Shown piece after piece: positions 1 through 10,194 of a DNA stretch of 46,669 bases (positions are counted from its first letter, which is position 1; every line of letters starts with the position of its first letter). Origin of the DNA: Acidimicrobiia bacterium (lineage in GTDB: Bacteria; Actinomycetota; Acidimicrobiia; Spongiisociales; ZC4RG35); contig JBBDMR010000169.1 of the NCBI GenBank assembly GCA_040878225.1, positions 1-46,669 of the forward strand, given 5' to 3'. The position numbers and the translations under genes are program-made. The notes under the pieces were generated by a model, which did not search any database, was not told where the DNA came from, and worked only from the letters and a program-made list of their open reading frames with translations.

Positions 1-9
1 GAGAGCCAT
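1..9 (-). CDS. 5' end (M-A-L) of the next gene, running off the window; peptide deformylase is plausible from synteny only
   Basis: Minus strand reads ...ggacAGGTaaATG GCT CTC, an SD-like AGGT before ATG at 9-7. def often follows priA, but only 3 codons are visible. Confidence 0.3.
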
Positions 10-56
10 TTACCTGTCCAAAGGGTCGATTTCAATGCGGGAGAGTAGCTAGTGCC

Positions 57-1799
57 CTACAGATCGATCGGATCGGCGTCGACCCGAATCGTCGCCCCGC
101 CGTCCCTCAGCTTCTGAAGGGTCTTGCGCAGCCCTTGTTTCACCTGCTGTAAGTCTCCCTGGAGCAACCAGCGGTGGCGATCGTTCGCCTCCACCGGGCC
201 CATCACCATTCCTACCGCCAACTCCCGCAGAGCGGAGGTGACCGTAGCGGGCGGGACTCCCCGCGCTTCGATTGCCATCATCTCGCTGGCGGGTGGGAAT
301 CCGTCCCTCGCCCTGCGTGCCAGCACTTCTTCGAGATACGGGATCGGCTGACCCCGCCGCAAGGCGGAGATCAAACCGGATCCGGGGTCTGATGTCTGCA
401 ACATGGTTCGATAGCCCCGGCTCCTGCCTACGGAACCAACCAGGCGGGCGAGGATCCGTAACGCCTCCTCCGAAGATCGGTAGTTCTGGCCGTGGATCAG
501 GGCGTCGGGGTCGACGGCGACGGCCATGGTGAGGCCCGAGAGCCCGGCCAGGTCGCGTTCGGTGCCGACCGTGATCAAGGCATCCTCTCCCGCCTCCCCT
601 ACCTGGCCGGGGCCGACTCTCGATGCGATCTCCTTCACCAACCGCGACGGGATCGTCCCCATCGATTCGAAACTCGATCCACCACACTGCCGGCAGTCCC
701 CCGCAGGCGCCCCGCACCGACGGCACTCGGCGTTTCGCCCGATGTTCGAACCGCAGCGGGCGCAGAGACGAAGGGCCCGGCACGCCACACACCGGGTCGA
801 AGCGTCTCCGGCTCGCATGTGTGTGAACACGAAGGCGCTCTCACCCCGGGCGGCGACCGAGCGGAGAGCGCCGAGAGCTCTTTCGGAGAGAAACCCGCTT
901 CCCGGTGGGTCGTCTCTCCTGTCGACGACTTCGACCAGGCCCCAGGGACGCTGTGGCTGGATGATCTCCGCCCCGGCAGCGATCAATTCGACGCTTGGAG
1001 TCGGTCCCACGAAGACCAGGCCGAATCCCTCGACCCTTGACCTCGTCCTCATCAGGTCCCGGACATGGACCGTGGGGGTCTGGCGGTCTTTCATCGCTCG
1101 TCTCCCTTCTTCGAAGACGAACGCCACTGCCAGGTCCCGTACTGTCCAGTATGCGGCCCGGGGTGTTCCCACGACGATGGCCGGGCCCGAATTCGCCCTC
1201 TCCCACGCCGCGGTCACCTCCGAGCTGTTGCCATCCGGGATAAGCACCGCCCTCGCCGGATACGCCTCCTTCAGGGCGGCAAAGATCTCCTCCGCTTCGC
1301 GCACAGTGGGCACGAGAACGAGCCCGCCTCGCAGGGAGGCGGCAACAGGTGCCAGCATCTTCGGCCAGTCGGCATCCGCCCAATGGACCACGTATGAAGT
1401 GACCGGCCTGCGCTTTCCTGACACCGCGGCAATCACGAACTTCTCGATCGGGGATCCATCGCCGGCCCCGGCCGCCACCGGTGCGGACTCGATGGGTGTC
1501 AGCTTGCCCGGGAGGGTGGGTGGCGCCGCCTTGTCGAGGAGCACCGCCATTGGCGCGACATAGTGGTTTGCGGCCCAGCCCAGAGCGTGCAAGAGATCGA
1601 CGTCGAAAACTGGCTCATCGCCGGAAACCCCGAGGATCTCCTTCAATTTGCCTTCTCGCTCCGGGTCGAGGCCGATCACATAGCCACGTACCCGGCGGCC
1701 CCCGAGTGGCACCCTGAGGATCGAGCCAATGTGCACGTCCTTGCGGAGATGTGGCGGAATCGAATACCAGAATCCCCCATCCACCGAGAAGGTGGGCAC
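57..1799 (-). CDS. priA: Primosomal protein N' (PriA), helicase-motif-degenerate actinobacterial type
   Basis: 3'-DNA-binding domain (GSILRVPLGGRRVRGYVIG, WAANHY), 8-Cys region (CVAC/CARC/CRRC/CRQC), C-terminal RVDADPIDL; follows metK. True start may be upstream (see findings). Confidence 0.9.
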   Translation of the reverse strand: MPTFSVDGGFWYSIPPHLRKDVHIGSILRVPLGGRRVRGYVIGLDPEREGKLKEILGVSGDEPVFDVDLLHALGWAANHYVAPMAVLLDKAAPPTLPGKLTPIESAPVAAGAGDGSPIEKFVIAAVSGKRRPVTSYVVHWADADWPKMLAPVAASLRGGLVLVPTVREAEEIFAALKEAYPARAVLIPDGNSSEVTAAWERANSGPAIVVGTPRAAYWTVRDLAVAFVFEEGRRAMKDRQTPTVHVRDLMRTRSRVEGFGLVFVGPTPSVELIAAGAEIIQPQRPWGLVEVVDRRDDPPGSGFLSERALGALRSVAARGESAFVFTHMRAGDASTRCVACRALRLCARCGSNIGRNAECRRCGAPAGDCRQCGGSSFESMGTIPSRLVKEIASRVGPGQVGEAGEDALITVGTERDLAGLSGLTMAVAVDPDALIHGQNYRSSEEALRILARLVGSVGRSRGYRTMLQTSDPGSGLISALRRGQPIPYLEEVLARRARDGFPPASEMMAIEARGVPPATVTSALRELAVGMVMGPVEANDRHRWLLQGDLQQVKQGLRKTLQKLRDGGATIRVDADPIDL

Positions 1800-1831
1800 A
1801 GAGGGGACGACCCGGGCGGCTGGTATGCCGG

Positions 1832-2989
1832 CTATAGGCCGAGTGCGCTCTTGATGTCTTCGACCCGGTCGAGCCTCTCCCAGCTGAATTCGGGTCTACC
1901 GAAGTGCCCGTACGCGGAGGTTCGGGCGAATCCGGGCTTGGTTAGCTCTAACACGTCGATGATCGCCGCCGGCCTGAAGTCGAAGATGTCCTGAACTGCG
2001 GATTCGATTTCCTCGCGTCCTACCCGCTCCGTTCCAAATGTTTCCACGTTTGTGGAGAACGGATCCGGGTCTCCGATTGCGTAAGAGAGCTGGATCTCGA
2101 GTTTCCCGGCTGCGCCCGCTTCCACCAGGTTCTTGGCCGCCCATCGGGCTGCATATGCAGCCGACCGGTCGACCTTGGTGGCATCCTTGCCCGAGAAGGC
2201 ACCACCGCCGTGGCGGGCGTAGCCACCGTAGGTGTCGACGATGATCTTGCGACCGGTGAGCCCGGTGTCGCCCACCGGACCTCCGATGGTGAATTGACCG
2301 CTCGGGTTGAAGACGAACTCGGGGGGGCCCTCGGGCAGCCAGATTTGTGGGATCACCGGTGCCACGACGAGATCGAAGATCTCTTGTTTGATCTCGTCGT
2401 TCTTCACGTCGGTGCTGTGGTGCGTCGAGATCAGAATCTTTTCTACCGCTACCGGGCGGCCGTCCTCATACCCGACCCTTACCTGAGTCTTTCCGTCGGG
2501 TCTCAGGTAATCGACCTTCCCGGTCTTCCTGACCTCAGCCAGACGTTCCGCGAGCCGATGAGCGAGGTGGATGGGCAATGGCATGTGCTCATCGGCTTCT
2601 TCGACAGCAAAACCGAACATCAAACCCTGGTCCCCCGCGCCCGCGTTGCGGTCGACACCCATGGCGATATCGATGCTCTGCTCGTTGATCCGGTCAAGGA
2701 TCTCAACAGTGCTCGGATCGAATTCCGGGTCGAAGCCGTCGTACCCGATACTCGAGATCGTCTCCCGGACGATCAAGTCGATATCCGGCCACTCTTCTCG
2801 ATGAAGTCCGCCGATTTCACCGGCAATGAGTGCGAGATTCTTAGTTACCAAGACCTCGCACGCCACCCTCGCACGGGGCTCGATGCTGAGTACTGAGTCG
2901 AGGATCGTGTCGGAAATGGCGTCGGCAACCTTGTCAGGGTGCCCCTCGGTTACGGACTCAGAGGTGAAGGACCATGCTCTCATCGGCAC
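1832..2989 (-). CDS. metK: S-adenosylmethionine synthetase
   Basis: FTSESVTEGHPDK, GAGDQG, GGGAFSGKD, YGHFGR motifs. Confidence 0.98.
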   Translation of the reverse strand: MPMRAWSFTSESVTEGHPDKVADAISDTILDSVLSIEPRARVACEVLVTKNLALIAGEIGGLHREEWPDIDLIVRETISSIGYDGFDPEFDPSTVEILDRINEQSIDIAMGVDRNAGAGDQGLMFGFAVEEADEHMPLPIHLAHRLAERLAEVRKTGKVDYLRPDGKTQVRVGYEDGRPVAVEKILISTHHSTDVKNDEIKQEIFDLVVAPVIPQIWLPEGPPEFVFNPSGQFTIGGPVGDTGLTGRKIIVDTYGGYARHGGGAFSGKDATKVDRSAAYAARWAAKNLVEAGAAGKLEIQLSYAIGDPDPFSTNVETFGTERVGREEIESAVQDIFDFRPAAIIDVLELTKPGFARTSAYGHFGRPEFSWERLDRVEDIKSALGL

Positions 2990-2995
2990 CAGACC

Positions 2996-4174
2996 TTAGT
3001 TCCGTTGGGTGACAAGGGCTTCGATGCGGTCCCAGAGGGCAGAGGCAACGTCCTCCTTGGACATCATCGGCTGTGATTCGACGGCACCGTCGGCGCCGAT
3101 GAATGACACCTGATTTGTGTCGGTGCCGAATCCTGACCCCTCCTGGGTGACGTTGTTGTAGACGAGCAGGTCGACCCCTTTTCTCTTTGCCTTTTCGACG
3201 GCGCGCTCCACTCCCCCGGTCTCAGCCGCGAAGCCAACGGTGACCGGAGGGCTCTGCCTGGCAACTACCGAGGCCAGGATGTCGGGCGTCGTGGTGAGAG
3301 AAATCGAATCGAGGCCATCTTCCCGGGCAAGCTTGGTGGTGGCGCTATCTGCGGGCTTGAAGTCGGCAACAGCGGCAGCCATCACCGCGATGTCAGCGGT
3401 CACTCCGTCTACGGCTGTCTGCATCTCTGCGGCGGACTCGACGCCGATGACTTTCACAGACCCGGGGACAGGCAGGTCGGACGTCGTGACCAGGGTCACC
3501 TGGTAGCCGCGGCGAGCAGCCTCTGCAGCAATTGCATGCCCCATCTTGCCGCTCGACCTGTTGCCGATGTATCGAACCGGGTCGATCGGCTCCCGGGTGC
3601 CTCCGGCAGTGATCAGCACCGAAAGACCCGCACCCCCGGCACCGAGGATGGAACTGGCGGCATCGACGATGTCTTCAGGTTCGGCAACGCGGCCGACACC
3701 GACATCACCGCCGGCGAGCTCTCCTTCGGCCGGGCCCACGAAATGATTCCCGTCGTCTCCGAGCAGCTTGATATTGCGAACTGTTGCCGGGTTCTCCCAC
3801 ATCTCTGTGTGCATTGCAGGAGCGAAGAGCACAGGCGCTTTGGTCGCGAGCAGGAGGGCTGAAATGAGGTCCTCGGACAATCCGTGGGCAGCCCGAGCCA
3901 GGGTGGCGGCGGTGGCCGGGGCAACTATGACGATGTCGGCCCATCGAGCGAGGTTTGTGTGCGGAGATGCGTCCTCTGCTCCGAAGAGGTCGAGAGATGG
4001 CTGTTCGCCGGTGATGGCAGCAAAAGTCTGGGGGCCGATGAACTCAGCGGCGGATGCCGACATCGCGACTTTGAGCTCGGCGCCGGCCTCGACGAGGCGA
4101 CGTGCCAGGTAAGCCGATTTGTAGGCAGCCACACCCCCGGTCACGGCGAGTACCACCCGCCGTCCGCGAAGCAT
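2996..4174 (-). CDS. coaBC: Bifunctional phosphopantothenoylcysteine decarboxylase/phosphopantothenate-cysteine ligase
   Basis: VTGGVAAYK, APAMHTEMW, TAGGTREPIDPVRYIGNRSSGKMG, AAVADF, VGFAAET. Confidence 0.97.
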   Translation of the reverse strand: MLRGRRVVLAVTGGVAAYKSAYLARRLVEAGAELKVAMSASAAEFIGPQTFAAITGEQPSLDLFGAEDASPHTNLARWADIVIVAPATAATLARAAHGLSEDLISALLLATKAPVLFAPAMHTEMWENPATVRNIKLLGDDGNHFVGPAEGELAGGDVGVGRVAEPEDIVDAASSILGAGGAGLSVLITAGGTREPIDPVRYIGNRSSGKMGHAIAAEAARRGYQVTLVTTSDLPVPGSVKVIGVESAAEMQTAVDGVTADIAVMAAAVADFKPADSATTKLAREDGLDSISLTTTPDILASVVARQSPPVTVGFAAETGGVERAVEKAKRKGVDLLVYNNVTQEGSGFGTDTNQVSFIGADGAVESQPMMSKEDVASALWDRIEALVTQRN

Positions 4175-4395
4175 CAGGGCTCGACAGTCTCCACGGCCAC
4201 CTTGCCCTCAGCAATCTCTTCCATGGCAATGGTCAGTGGCTTGCGGGACAGTGAGTGAACCTGAGGTGGAACGTAACTTCCATAGCCGTCGCCCAACTGG
4301 TGAAAATATGCGTTGATCTGACGGGCACGGCGCGACGAGACGACGACGGTGGCGAACCGGTTGCCGATCTGGTCGATTACTTCTTCGATCTTCAT
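4174..4395 (-). CDS. rpoZ: RNA polymerase omega subunit
   Basis: NRFATVVVSSRRARQINAY and KPLTIAMEEI; gmk-rpoZ-coaBC synteny; SD AAGGA and -10-like TAACCT upstream; TGATG overlap with coaBC. Confidence 0.95.
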   Translation of the reverse strand: MKIEEVIDQIGNRFATVVVSSRRARQINAYFHQLGDGYGSYVPPQVHSLSRKPLTIAMEEIAEGKVAVETVEP

Positions 4396-4435
4396 TGGTT
4401 CCTTCTCAGAGGGTGGATGGGAACAGGTTACCTCA

Positions 4436-4993
4436 TCAGGCGGTGGTAATAAGAGTCAAAAGTTCGCCCACTGCGTCTTCGAACCTGTCGTTGACCACAA
4501 TGTGGTCGAATACCTCGCCTGCTTCGGCGAGCTGACGTGCAGCAATTTCGAGACGGTCCTCGATGTCCTCGTCGCTCGTGTCCCCCCGCAGCCGCAATCT
4601 TCGCTCCAGTTCGTCGATCGAAGGGGCGGCGATGAAGATCATCGTTGCATCAGGTTTCGCCTCCCTGACCTGGCGGGCCCCCTGGATCTCGATGTCGAGA
4701 AGGACGTCACGGCCCCGGGCATTGGCGTCGTTGATCGGACCGATCGGGGTGCCGTAGAGGTGATTGTTGTACTCGGCCCATTCCAACAGGTCGCCATTGG
4801 CGATCATGTCCTCGAACTCACTACGGGTCGTGAAAAGGTAGTGATAGCCCTCTATTTCCCCGGGTCGGGGCAATCTGGTGGTGGCGGAAACGGAAAAGTC
4901 GACATCCGCCATGCTCAATATTTCTGAGATCAGGCTCGATTTTCCCGAACCTGAGGGGCCCGAGACGACAAATAACCGGCCCGGTCTCCTCAA
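4436..4993 (-). CDS. gmk: Guanylate kinase
   Basis: P-loop SGPSGSGKS, SVSATTRLPRPGE, LEWAEY..YGTP; TTG start overlaps the mihF stop (TTGA). Confidence 0.97.
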   Translation of the reverse strand: MRRPGRLFVVSGPSGSGKSSLISEILSMADVDFSVSATTRLPRPGEIEGYHYLFTTRSEFEDMIANGDLLEWAEYNNHLYGTPIGPINDANARGRDVLLDIEIQGARQVREAKPDATMIFIAAPSIDELERRLRLRGDTSDEDIEDRLEIAARQLAEAGEVFDHIVVNDRFEDAVGELLTLITTA

Positions 4994-5304
4994 GTGAACT
5001 CTTTGAGAAGAGCCTCTCTCTGGCGGTCTCCCAACCCACGCAGACGGCGGTTATCGGCGATACCGACGGATTCCATGAGGCGCATGGCCTTCACTTTACC
5101 CATTCCTGGCATCGACGCGATCAGGCGCTCGACTTTGATACCACCAATTACGTCATCGTTTTTCGCTTTGGCGAAGAGCTCGGTGATGCTCATCGAGCCG
5201 GTCTTGAGGAGTTCTTTGACCTCCGCTCTCGCCCGGCGCACCTCTGCCGCTTTCTTGAGGGCAGCCTGGCGCTGTTCCGGGGTCAATTTGGGTGGAATAG
5301 GCAA
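4990..5304 (-). CDS. mihF: Actinobacterial integration host factor (mIHF/sIHF)
   Basis: PKLTPEQRQAALKKAAEVRRARAEVKELLK ... PGMGKVKA ... RRLRGLG; pyrF-mihF-gmk synteny; TTG start with SD GGGAG. Confidence 0.95.
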   Translation of the reverse strand: MPIPPKLTPEQRQAALKKAAEVRRARAEVKELLKTGSMSITELFAKAKNDDVIGGIKVERLIASMPGMGKVKAMRLMESVGIADNRRLRGLGDRQREALLKEFT

Positions 5305-5360
5305 TATCTTGCTCCCGTTTGGTAATAGAACGTTAGTGGTTTACCTCTTTGTAATGCGGG

Positions 5361-6059
5361 CTAAACCCTCGATCCGGCGCCGATTTCTTCTGCAATAGCG
5401 GCAGCGGCGCCAACGGGGTCATCGCTGGCGCTGATCGCGCGTCCCACCACCAGGTAGTCAGCACCCGCCTCGATACCCATTTGCACGGTTGCCGTTCGCT
5501 TCTGGTCGTGGTCTCCGACACCGAGCGGGCGTATCCCCGGAGTAACAGTGATCAAGGCGGGGGAAACCCGCCTCACGATCGAAACCTCATGCACCGCGCT
5601 GACGATGCCCTCGACCGGCACCCCGGCAGCGATTTGGACCAGTCGCTCGACAGCTGCATCTGCCGGTCCGCGTACTCCGATGTCGGCGAGATCTTCCTCC
5701 CCGATGCTGGTGAGGACGCTCACACCAAGAATCCCGGCCTTACCGTCTGAGCCTTCCGCCAGCCCGGCAACTGCGGCTCGCAACATCTCACTGCCACCCG
5801 GGATGTGAGCTGTGACCCAGCGCGCCCCGCGTTGTCCCAGGGCGCGAGCTGCCGACTCGACCTGGGCGGGGATGTCGTGCAACTTGGCGTCGGCAAAGAC
5901 AGGCAGTCCGAGGTCGGCGATCCGCTCGATGCTGCCGGATTCACCGTGGAGCAGACCCAGCCCCACCTTGAACCCGGACACGTGGTCTTTGATAGAGGCC
6001 GCAAGATCGACAGCACGATCGACGGTGGGAAGATCGAGTGCGACGAGTATCCCGGTCAT
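5361..6059 (-). CDS. pyrF: Orotidine-5'-phosphate decarboxylase
   Basis: VALD, FKVG, FADAKLHDIP, VTPGIR, DQKR, LVVGRAI. Confidence 0.97.
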   Translation of the reverse strand: MTGILVALDLPTVDRAVDLAASIKDHVSGFKVGLGLLHGESGSIERIADLGLPVFADAKLHDIPAQVESAARALGQRGARWVTAHIPGGSEMLRAAVAGLAEGSDGKAGILGVSVLTSIGEEDLADIGVRGPADAAVERLVQIAAGVPVEGIVSAVHEVSIVRRVSPALITVTPGIRPLGVGDHDQKRTATVQMGIEAGADYLVVGRAISASDDPVGAAAAIAEEIGAGSRV

Positions 6060-6970
6060 CTGATGGCTGCCCCGACAGCGTCGGCGACCCCGGTGAGTCC
6101 GAGCTTTTTCATAATCCGATTCATCTCCTTCTCGATTCTGGTTCCCGCACGCGGCTCCGCGAGGAGGACAGTTCCCAACCCGACAGCTGAGGCCCCGCTC
6201 ATCAGGTACTCGACAACGTCGTGGCCAGTCGTCACGCCACCGCAGCCGACAATCGGGAAGCCGGGGAAAGCCCGGGCGACCTCGTACACACAGCGCAACG
6301 AAATGGCCTTCAACCCCGGCCCGCTGTAGCCGCCGACTCCCCCCGAAAGCTTCGGTGCGGCCAACTCGATGTCGACCCCGAATCCAGGAGCAGTGTTGGT
6401 CAAGGTCAGGAAATCCGCTCCCGCTTCGATGCAGGCGGCAGCTATGGCAACGATGTCCGGCGCTGCCGGGGAGAGCTTCGCTCCGACCGGCACGTTGACC
6501 GCGCTCACTACCTCACCGACCACCCCGGCCGACAACCCGGCGTCGAGGGCGAAGATCCTTCCCTCCTCGAGATTGGGACACGACAGGTTCACCTCGACGG
6601 CGGTGACCCCGGCCGTCTCCTCGCCGATTGCCACCTTGACGAAACCGGCAACGGTCTCGCCCACCGCAGAGCCCCATACCGGTACGTTGCAATCCCCGAT
6701 GCGCCCGGTCATGTTTTCGACCCAGTCGTCGATACCGGGGTTCTGGATGCCAATCCCGTTGAGCATCCCCGGGCCGGCCGGTGCGATCCTCGGTGCCGGC
6801 CTTCCCGTCCATGGGACCTCCGAAACCGACTTCGCGACCGCGGCGCCGAAGGGCTTCATATCGGCGACGGTCGCCCACTCCCATACCGAGCCGACCGTGC
6901 CCGACGCCGCCACCAGGGGCGACCTCATCGTGATCGGTCCCAGCCGGGTCTGCATCGCTACCTGTGCCAT
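6056..6970 (-). CDS. pyrD: Dihydroorotate dehydrogenase, family 1 (1B-like) catalytic subunit
   Basis: [16 protein letters not shown], catalytic NLSCPN, KLSP, LTNT, GGYSG, GCGGV. Confidence 0.93.
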   Translation of the reverse strand: MAQVAMQTRLGPITMRSPLVAASGTVGSVWEWATVADMKPFGAAVAKSVSEVPWTGRPAPRIAPAGPGMLNGIGIQNPGIDDWVENMTGRIGDCNVPVWGSAVGETVAGFVKVAIGEETAGVTAVEVNLSCPNLEEGRIFALDAGLSAGVVGEVVSAVNVPVGAKLSPAAPDIVAIAAACIEAGADFLTLTNTAPGFGVDIELAAPKLSGGVGGYSGPGLKAISLRCVYEVARAFPGFPIVGCGGVTTGHDVVEYLMSGASAVGLGTVLLAEPRAGTRIEKEMNRIMKKLGLTGVADAVGAAIR

Positions 6971-9900
6971 TCCTGGAGACTTCTCGGTCGGTTGATCGCA
7001 CCGGGCCCGGCACGGAGACTGCGCGCCACGGCGAGCCCGCCTCGAACCGTGGTCACACAGGGGACCTGGTGGCCGCGAGCGGCCTGACGGATCGTGCGAC
7101 CGTCGGTGCGCGCCTTCCCACCCCTCGGCGTGTTGATCACGAGCTGAATCTCTCCGTTGTCGAGACGCTGGGCGACGTCGTTCGGACCGTCGCCGATCTT
7201 GGGGACCACTTCGGCGTCGATGGCGTGATGGCTCAGGTATCGGGCAGTTCCGGGGGTTGCAACCAGCTCGAAACCGAGCATCACGAACGCCTGGGCCACC
7301 GCGAGCCCGGTCGGCTTGTCGCGGTCAGCGAAAGAGACGAACACCCGCCCCCGATCGGGGAGGATCCGCCCTCCGCCCAGCAGGGCCTTTGCATATGCGG
7401 TGCCGAAGTCCTCGCCGATCCCCATCACCTCGCCGGTGGCCTTCATCTCGGGGCCGAGCACGGAGTCCTCTTCGGGGAACCGGTCCCAGGGCAGCACTGC
7501 GTTCTTCACCGCGACAAATGGCGGGGTGCTGTTCTCCGGGATCATTCCCTCCTGCCGCAGGTCCTCGATGCTGGCGCCCATCATGACCCTGGTTGCGACC
7601 CGGGCGAGCAGGACGCCGGTCGCCTTGGAGATGAAGGGGATAGTTCGGCTCCCGCGGGGGTTGGCCTCGATGACGAAGATCTCGTCTCCCTTTACCGCGA
7701 ACTGGATGTTGATCAGGCCCCGCACCGAGAGCGCGCCTGCGAGATCTCTGGTTGCCTTGATGATCTCTTTCATTGCCTCACCCGACAGCGTCGGGGGCGG
7801 GGTGACACAGGCCGAGTCCCCGGAATGGATTCCTGCTTCCTCGACGTGTTCCATGACGCCGCCCAGCAAGAGTTCGGACCCGTCGAAGATGGCGTCGACA
7901 TCGACCTCCACAGCCGACTCCAGGAACCGGTCGATCAGGATCGGCGCACCCATCACTTCCGGGTCGGCATCGCCGTAGATCTCACGCATATACACACCCA
8001 GTTCCTCCACCGAATAGACGACGCGCATCTTGCGGCCGCCAAGCACGAATGAGGGGCGAACCATCGCCGGCAGGCCGACCTGGTCGACCACATCGAGAGC
8101 CTCGGCAGCTGAGCGGGCCGTGCCTCCGGAAGGCTGGCGAAGGCCGAGATTGGCGCAGATCTCGCCGAACTGCTCTCGATCCTCCGCGAGGGCAATGGAC
8201 CTTGACGACGTCCCGGCGACGTTGACCCCTGCGGCCTCGAGGGCTGACGCGAGGTTGAGAGGTGTCTGTCCGCCGAGCTGGACGATCACGGCCTCCGGCT
8301 TCTCGGCGTCGATCACATCGAGGACGTCCTCGATGGTCAGCGGCTCGAAGTAGAGACGGTCGGAGGTGTCGTAGTCGGTGGAAACGGTCTCCGGATTGCA
8401 GTTGATCATCACCGTCTCGTAACCGGCGTCACGGAGGGCAAACGACGCATGGACGCAGCAATAGTCGAACTCGATGCCCTGGCCGATCCGGTTCGGCCCG
8501 GAGCCGAGGACAACGACGCGGGGCTTGTCGGCCTCGACGACTTCGGACTCGTCCTCGAAGGTTCCGTACATGTATGGCGTCGTGGCGACGAATTCAGCGG
8601 CGCAGGTGTCCACCCGCTGATAGGTCCGGCGGATCATCGCACTCTCCCTGATCGATCGGACCTTCTCGGGCGTCGATTCGGTGAGGTAGGCGATTTGAAC
8701 GTCGGAGAAGCCGCTCCGCTTTGCTTCGGCCAGAACCGTCATGTCGGAGGGGTCGGCGACCAGCTCATGGCGCACCTCGACGATCTCTGCCATCTGGTCG
8801 ATGAACCACGGGTCGATCGAGGAAAGCTCGCTGAGCCTGTCGACACTCCACCCGCGTCGCAGGGCTTCTCCCACCGCGAATACCCGCTCCGGGGTCGGCT
8901 CGACCACCTGGCGGCCAAGGTCAGCTTCGGAGAGCTGACGCAGGTCTGACTCGGTCGCGTCGGCGTTCAGCCCGGAGTGCCCGTTCTCGAGGCTCCGGAG
9001 TGCCTTCTGCAGGGCTTCGGGAAAGGTCCGGCCTATCGCCATTGCCTCTCCCACGCTGCGCATCGAAGTGCCGAGTTTGCGGGGCGCGGACGGGAACTTC
9101 TCGAAGTCGAATCTCGGGATCTTCACGACCACGTAGTCGAGAGCGGGCTCGAAAGACGCCGGCGTGGCGAGTGTGATGTCGTTGGCGATCTCATCGAGGG
9201 TGTACCCGACCGCGAGCAGTGCGGCGATCTTGGCGATGGGGAACCCGGTGGCCTTCGAAGCCAGGGCTGAGGATCGGGAGACACGAGGGTTCATTTCGAT
9301 GACGAGGCGCTTGCCCGTTGCCGGGTCGACCGCAAACTGGACATTGGAGCCACCGGTCTCGACACCGATGGCACGAAGGACTGCGATCGCGTCTTCGCGC
9401 ATGTCCTGATACTCACGGTCGGAGAGTGTCTGGATCGGGGCGACGGTTATCGAATCGCCCGTGTGGACACCCATCGGGTCGAGGTTCTCGATCGAGCAGA
9501 CGATGACTGCGTTGTCGTTGCGGTCACGCATCACCTCGAGTTCGAACTCCTTCCATCCGAGAACCGACTCCTCGACGAGTATCTCCGAGACCGGGGACAT
9601 CTCGAGGCCGTAGCGGGCAACAGCGACGAACTCCTCCTCGGTGTCGGCGATGCCGGTACCGCCGCCCCCGAGGATGTAGGAGGGCCTCACCATCACCGGG
9701 AACCCGATCTCCCGGGCGATGGTCATCGCCTCGCCCATCGAACGGGCGTATCCGGCCCGGGGGCATTCCAGGCCGGCTTCTTCCATCGTGGTCTTGAACA
9801 GGCCGCGGTCCTCCGCCTTCTCGATGGCTTCGAGCCCGGCCCCGATCATCTCCACGTTGTGGCGCTGCAGCACCCCGGTGCGGGCAAGCGTCGAAGCGAC

Positions 9901-10194
9901 GTTGAGGGCGGTTTGGCCTCCGAGGGTGGCGAGGAGTGCGTCGGGCCGCTCCCTGGCGATTATCTCGGTGACCACTTCGGGGGTGATCGGCTCCACGTAG
10001 GTGGCATCGGCGTATTCGGGGTCGGTCATGATTGTGGCCGGGTTGCTGTTCACCAGGATCACCCGGTACCCCTCCTGGCGGAGTACCTTGGCGGCCTGGC
10101 TCCCGGAGTAGTCGAATTCACATCCCTGACCGATGATGATCGGGCCGGACCCGATGAGGAGGATCGAGCGGATGTCGGTGCGAGCGGGCATCAC
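6958..10194 (-). CDS. carB: Carbamoyl-phosphate synthase large subunit
   Basis: [57 protein letters not shown]-terminal MGS domain. Confidence 0.99.
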   Translation of the reverse strand: MMPARTDIRSILLIGSGPIIIGQGCEFDYSGSQAAKVLRQEGYRVILVNSNPATIMTDPEYADATYVEPITPEVVTEIIARERPDALLATLGGQTALNVASTLARTGVLQRHNVEMIGAGLEAIEKAEDRGLFKTTMEEAGLECPRAGYARSMGEAMTIAREIGFPVMVRPSYILGGGGTGIADTEEEFVAVARYGLEMSPVSEILVEESVLGWKEFELEVMRDRNDNAVIVCSIENLDPMGVHTGDSITVAPIQTLSDREYQDMREDAIAVLRAIGVETGGSNVQFAVDPATGKRLVIEMNPRVSRSSALASKATGFPIAKIAALLAVGYTLDEIANDITLATPASFEPALDYVVVKIPRFDFEKFPSAPRKLGTSMRSVGEAMAIGRTFPEALQKALRSLENGHSGLNADATESDLRQLSEADLGRQVVEPTPERVFAVGEALRRGWSVDRLSELSSIDPWFIDQMAEIVEVRHELVADPSDMTVLAEAKRSGFSDVQIAYLTESTPEKVRSIRESAMIRRTYQRVDTCAAEFVATTPYMYGTFEDESEVVEADKPRVVVLGSGPNRIGQGIEFDYCCVHASFALRDAGYETVMINCNPETVSTDYDTSDRLYFEPLTIEDVLDVIDAEKPEAVIVQLGGQTPLNLASALEAAGVNVAGTSSRSIALAEDREQFGEICANLGLRQPSGGTARSAAEALDVVDQVGLPAMVRPSFVLGGRKMRVVYSVEELGVYMREIYGDADPEVMGAPILIDRFLESAVEVDVDAIFDGSELLLGGVMEHVEEAGIHSGDSACVTPPPTLSGEAMKEIIKATRDLAGALSVRGLINIQFAVKGDEIFVIEANPRGSRTIPFISKATGVLLARVATRVMMGASIEDLRQEGMIPENSTPPFVAVKNAVLPWDRFPEEDSVLGPEMKATGEVMGIGEDFGTAYAKALLGGGRILPDRGRVFVSFADRDKPTGLAVAQAFVMLGFELVATPGTARYLSHHAIDAEVVPKIGDGPNDVAQRLDNGEIQLVINTPRGGKARTDGRTIRQAARGHQVPCVTTVRGGLAVARSLRAGPGAINRPRSLQEWHR

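Noticed and set aside
2990-2995. SAM riboswitch upstream of metK
   Set aside because: Only 6 bp separate coaBC and metK.
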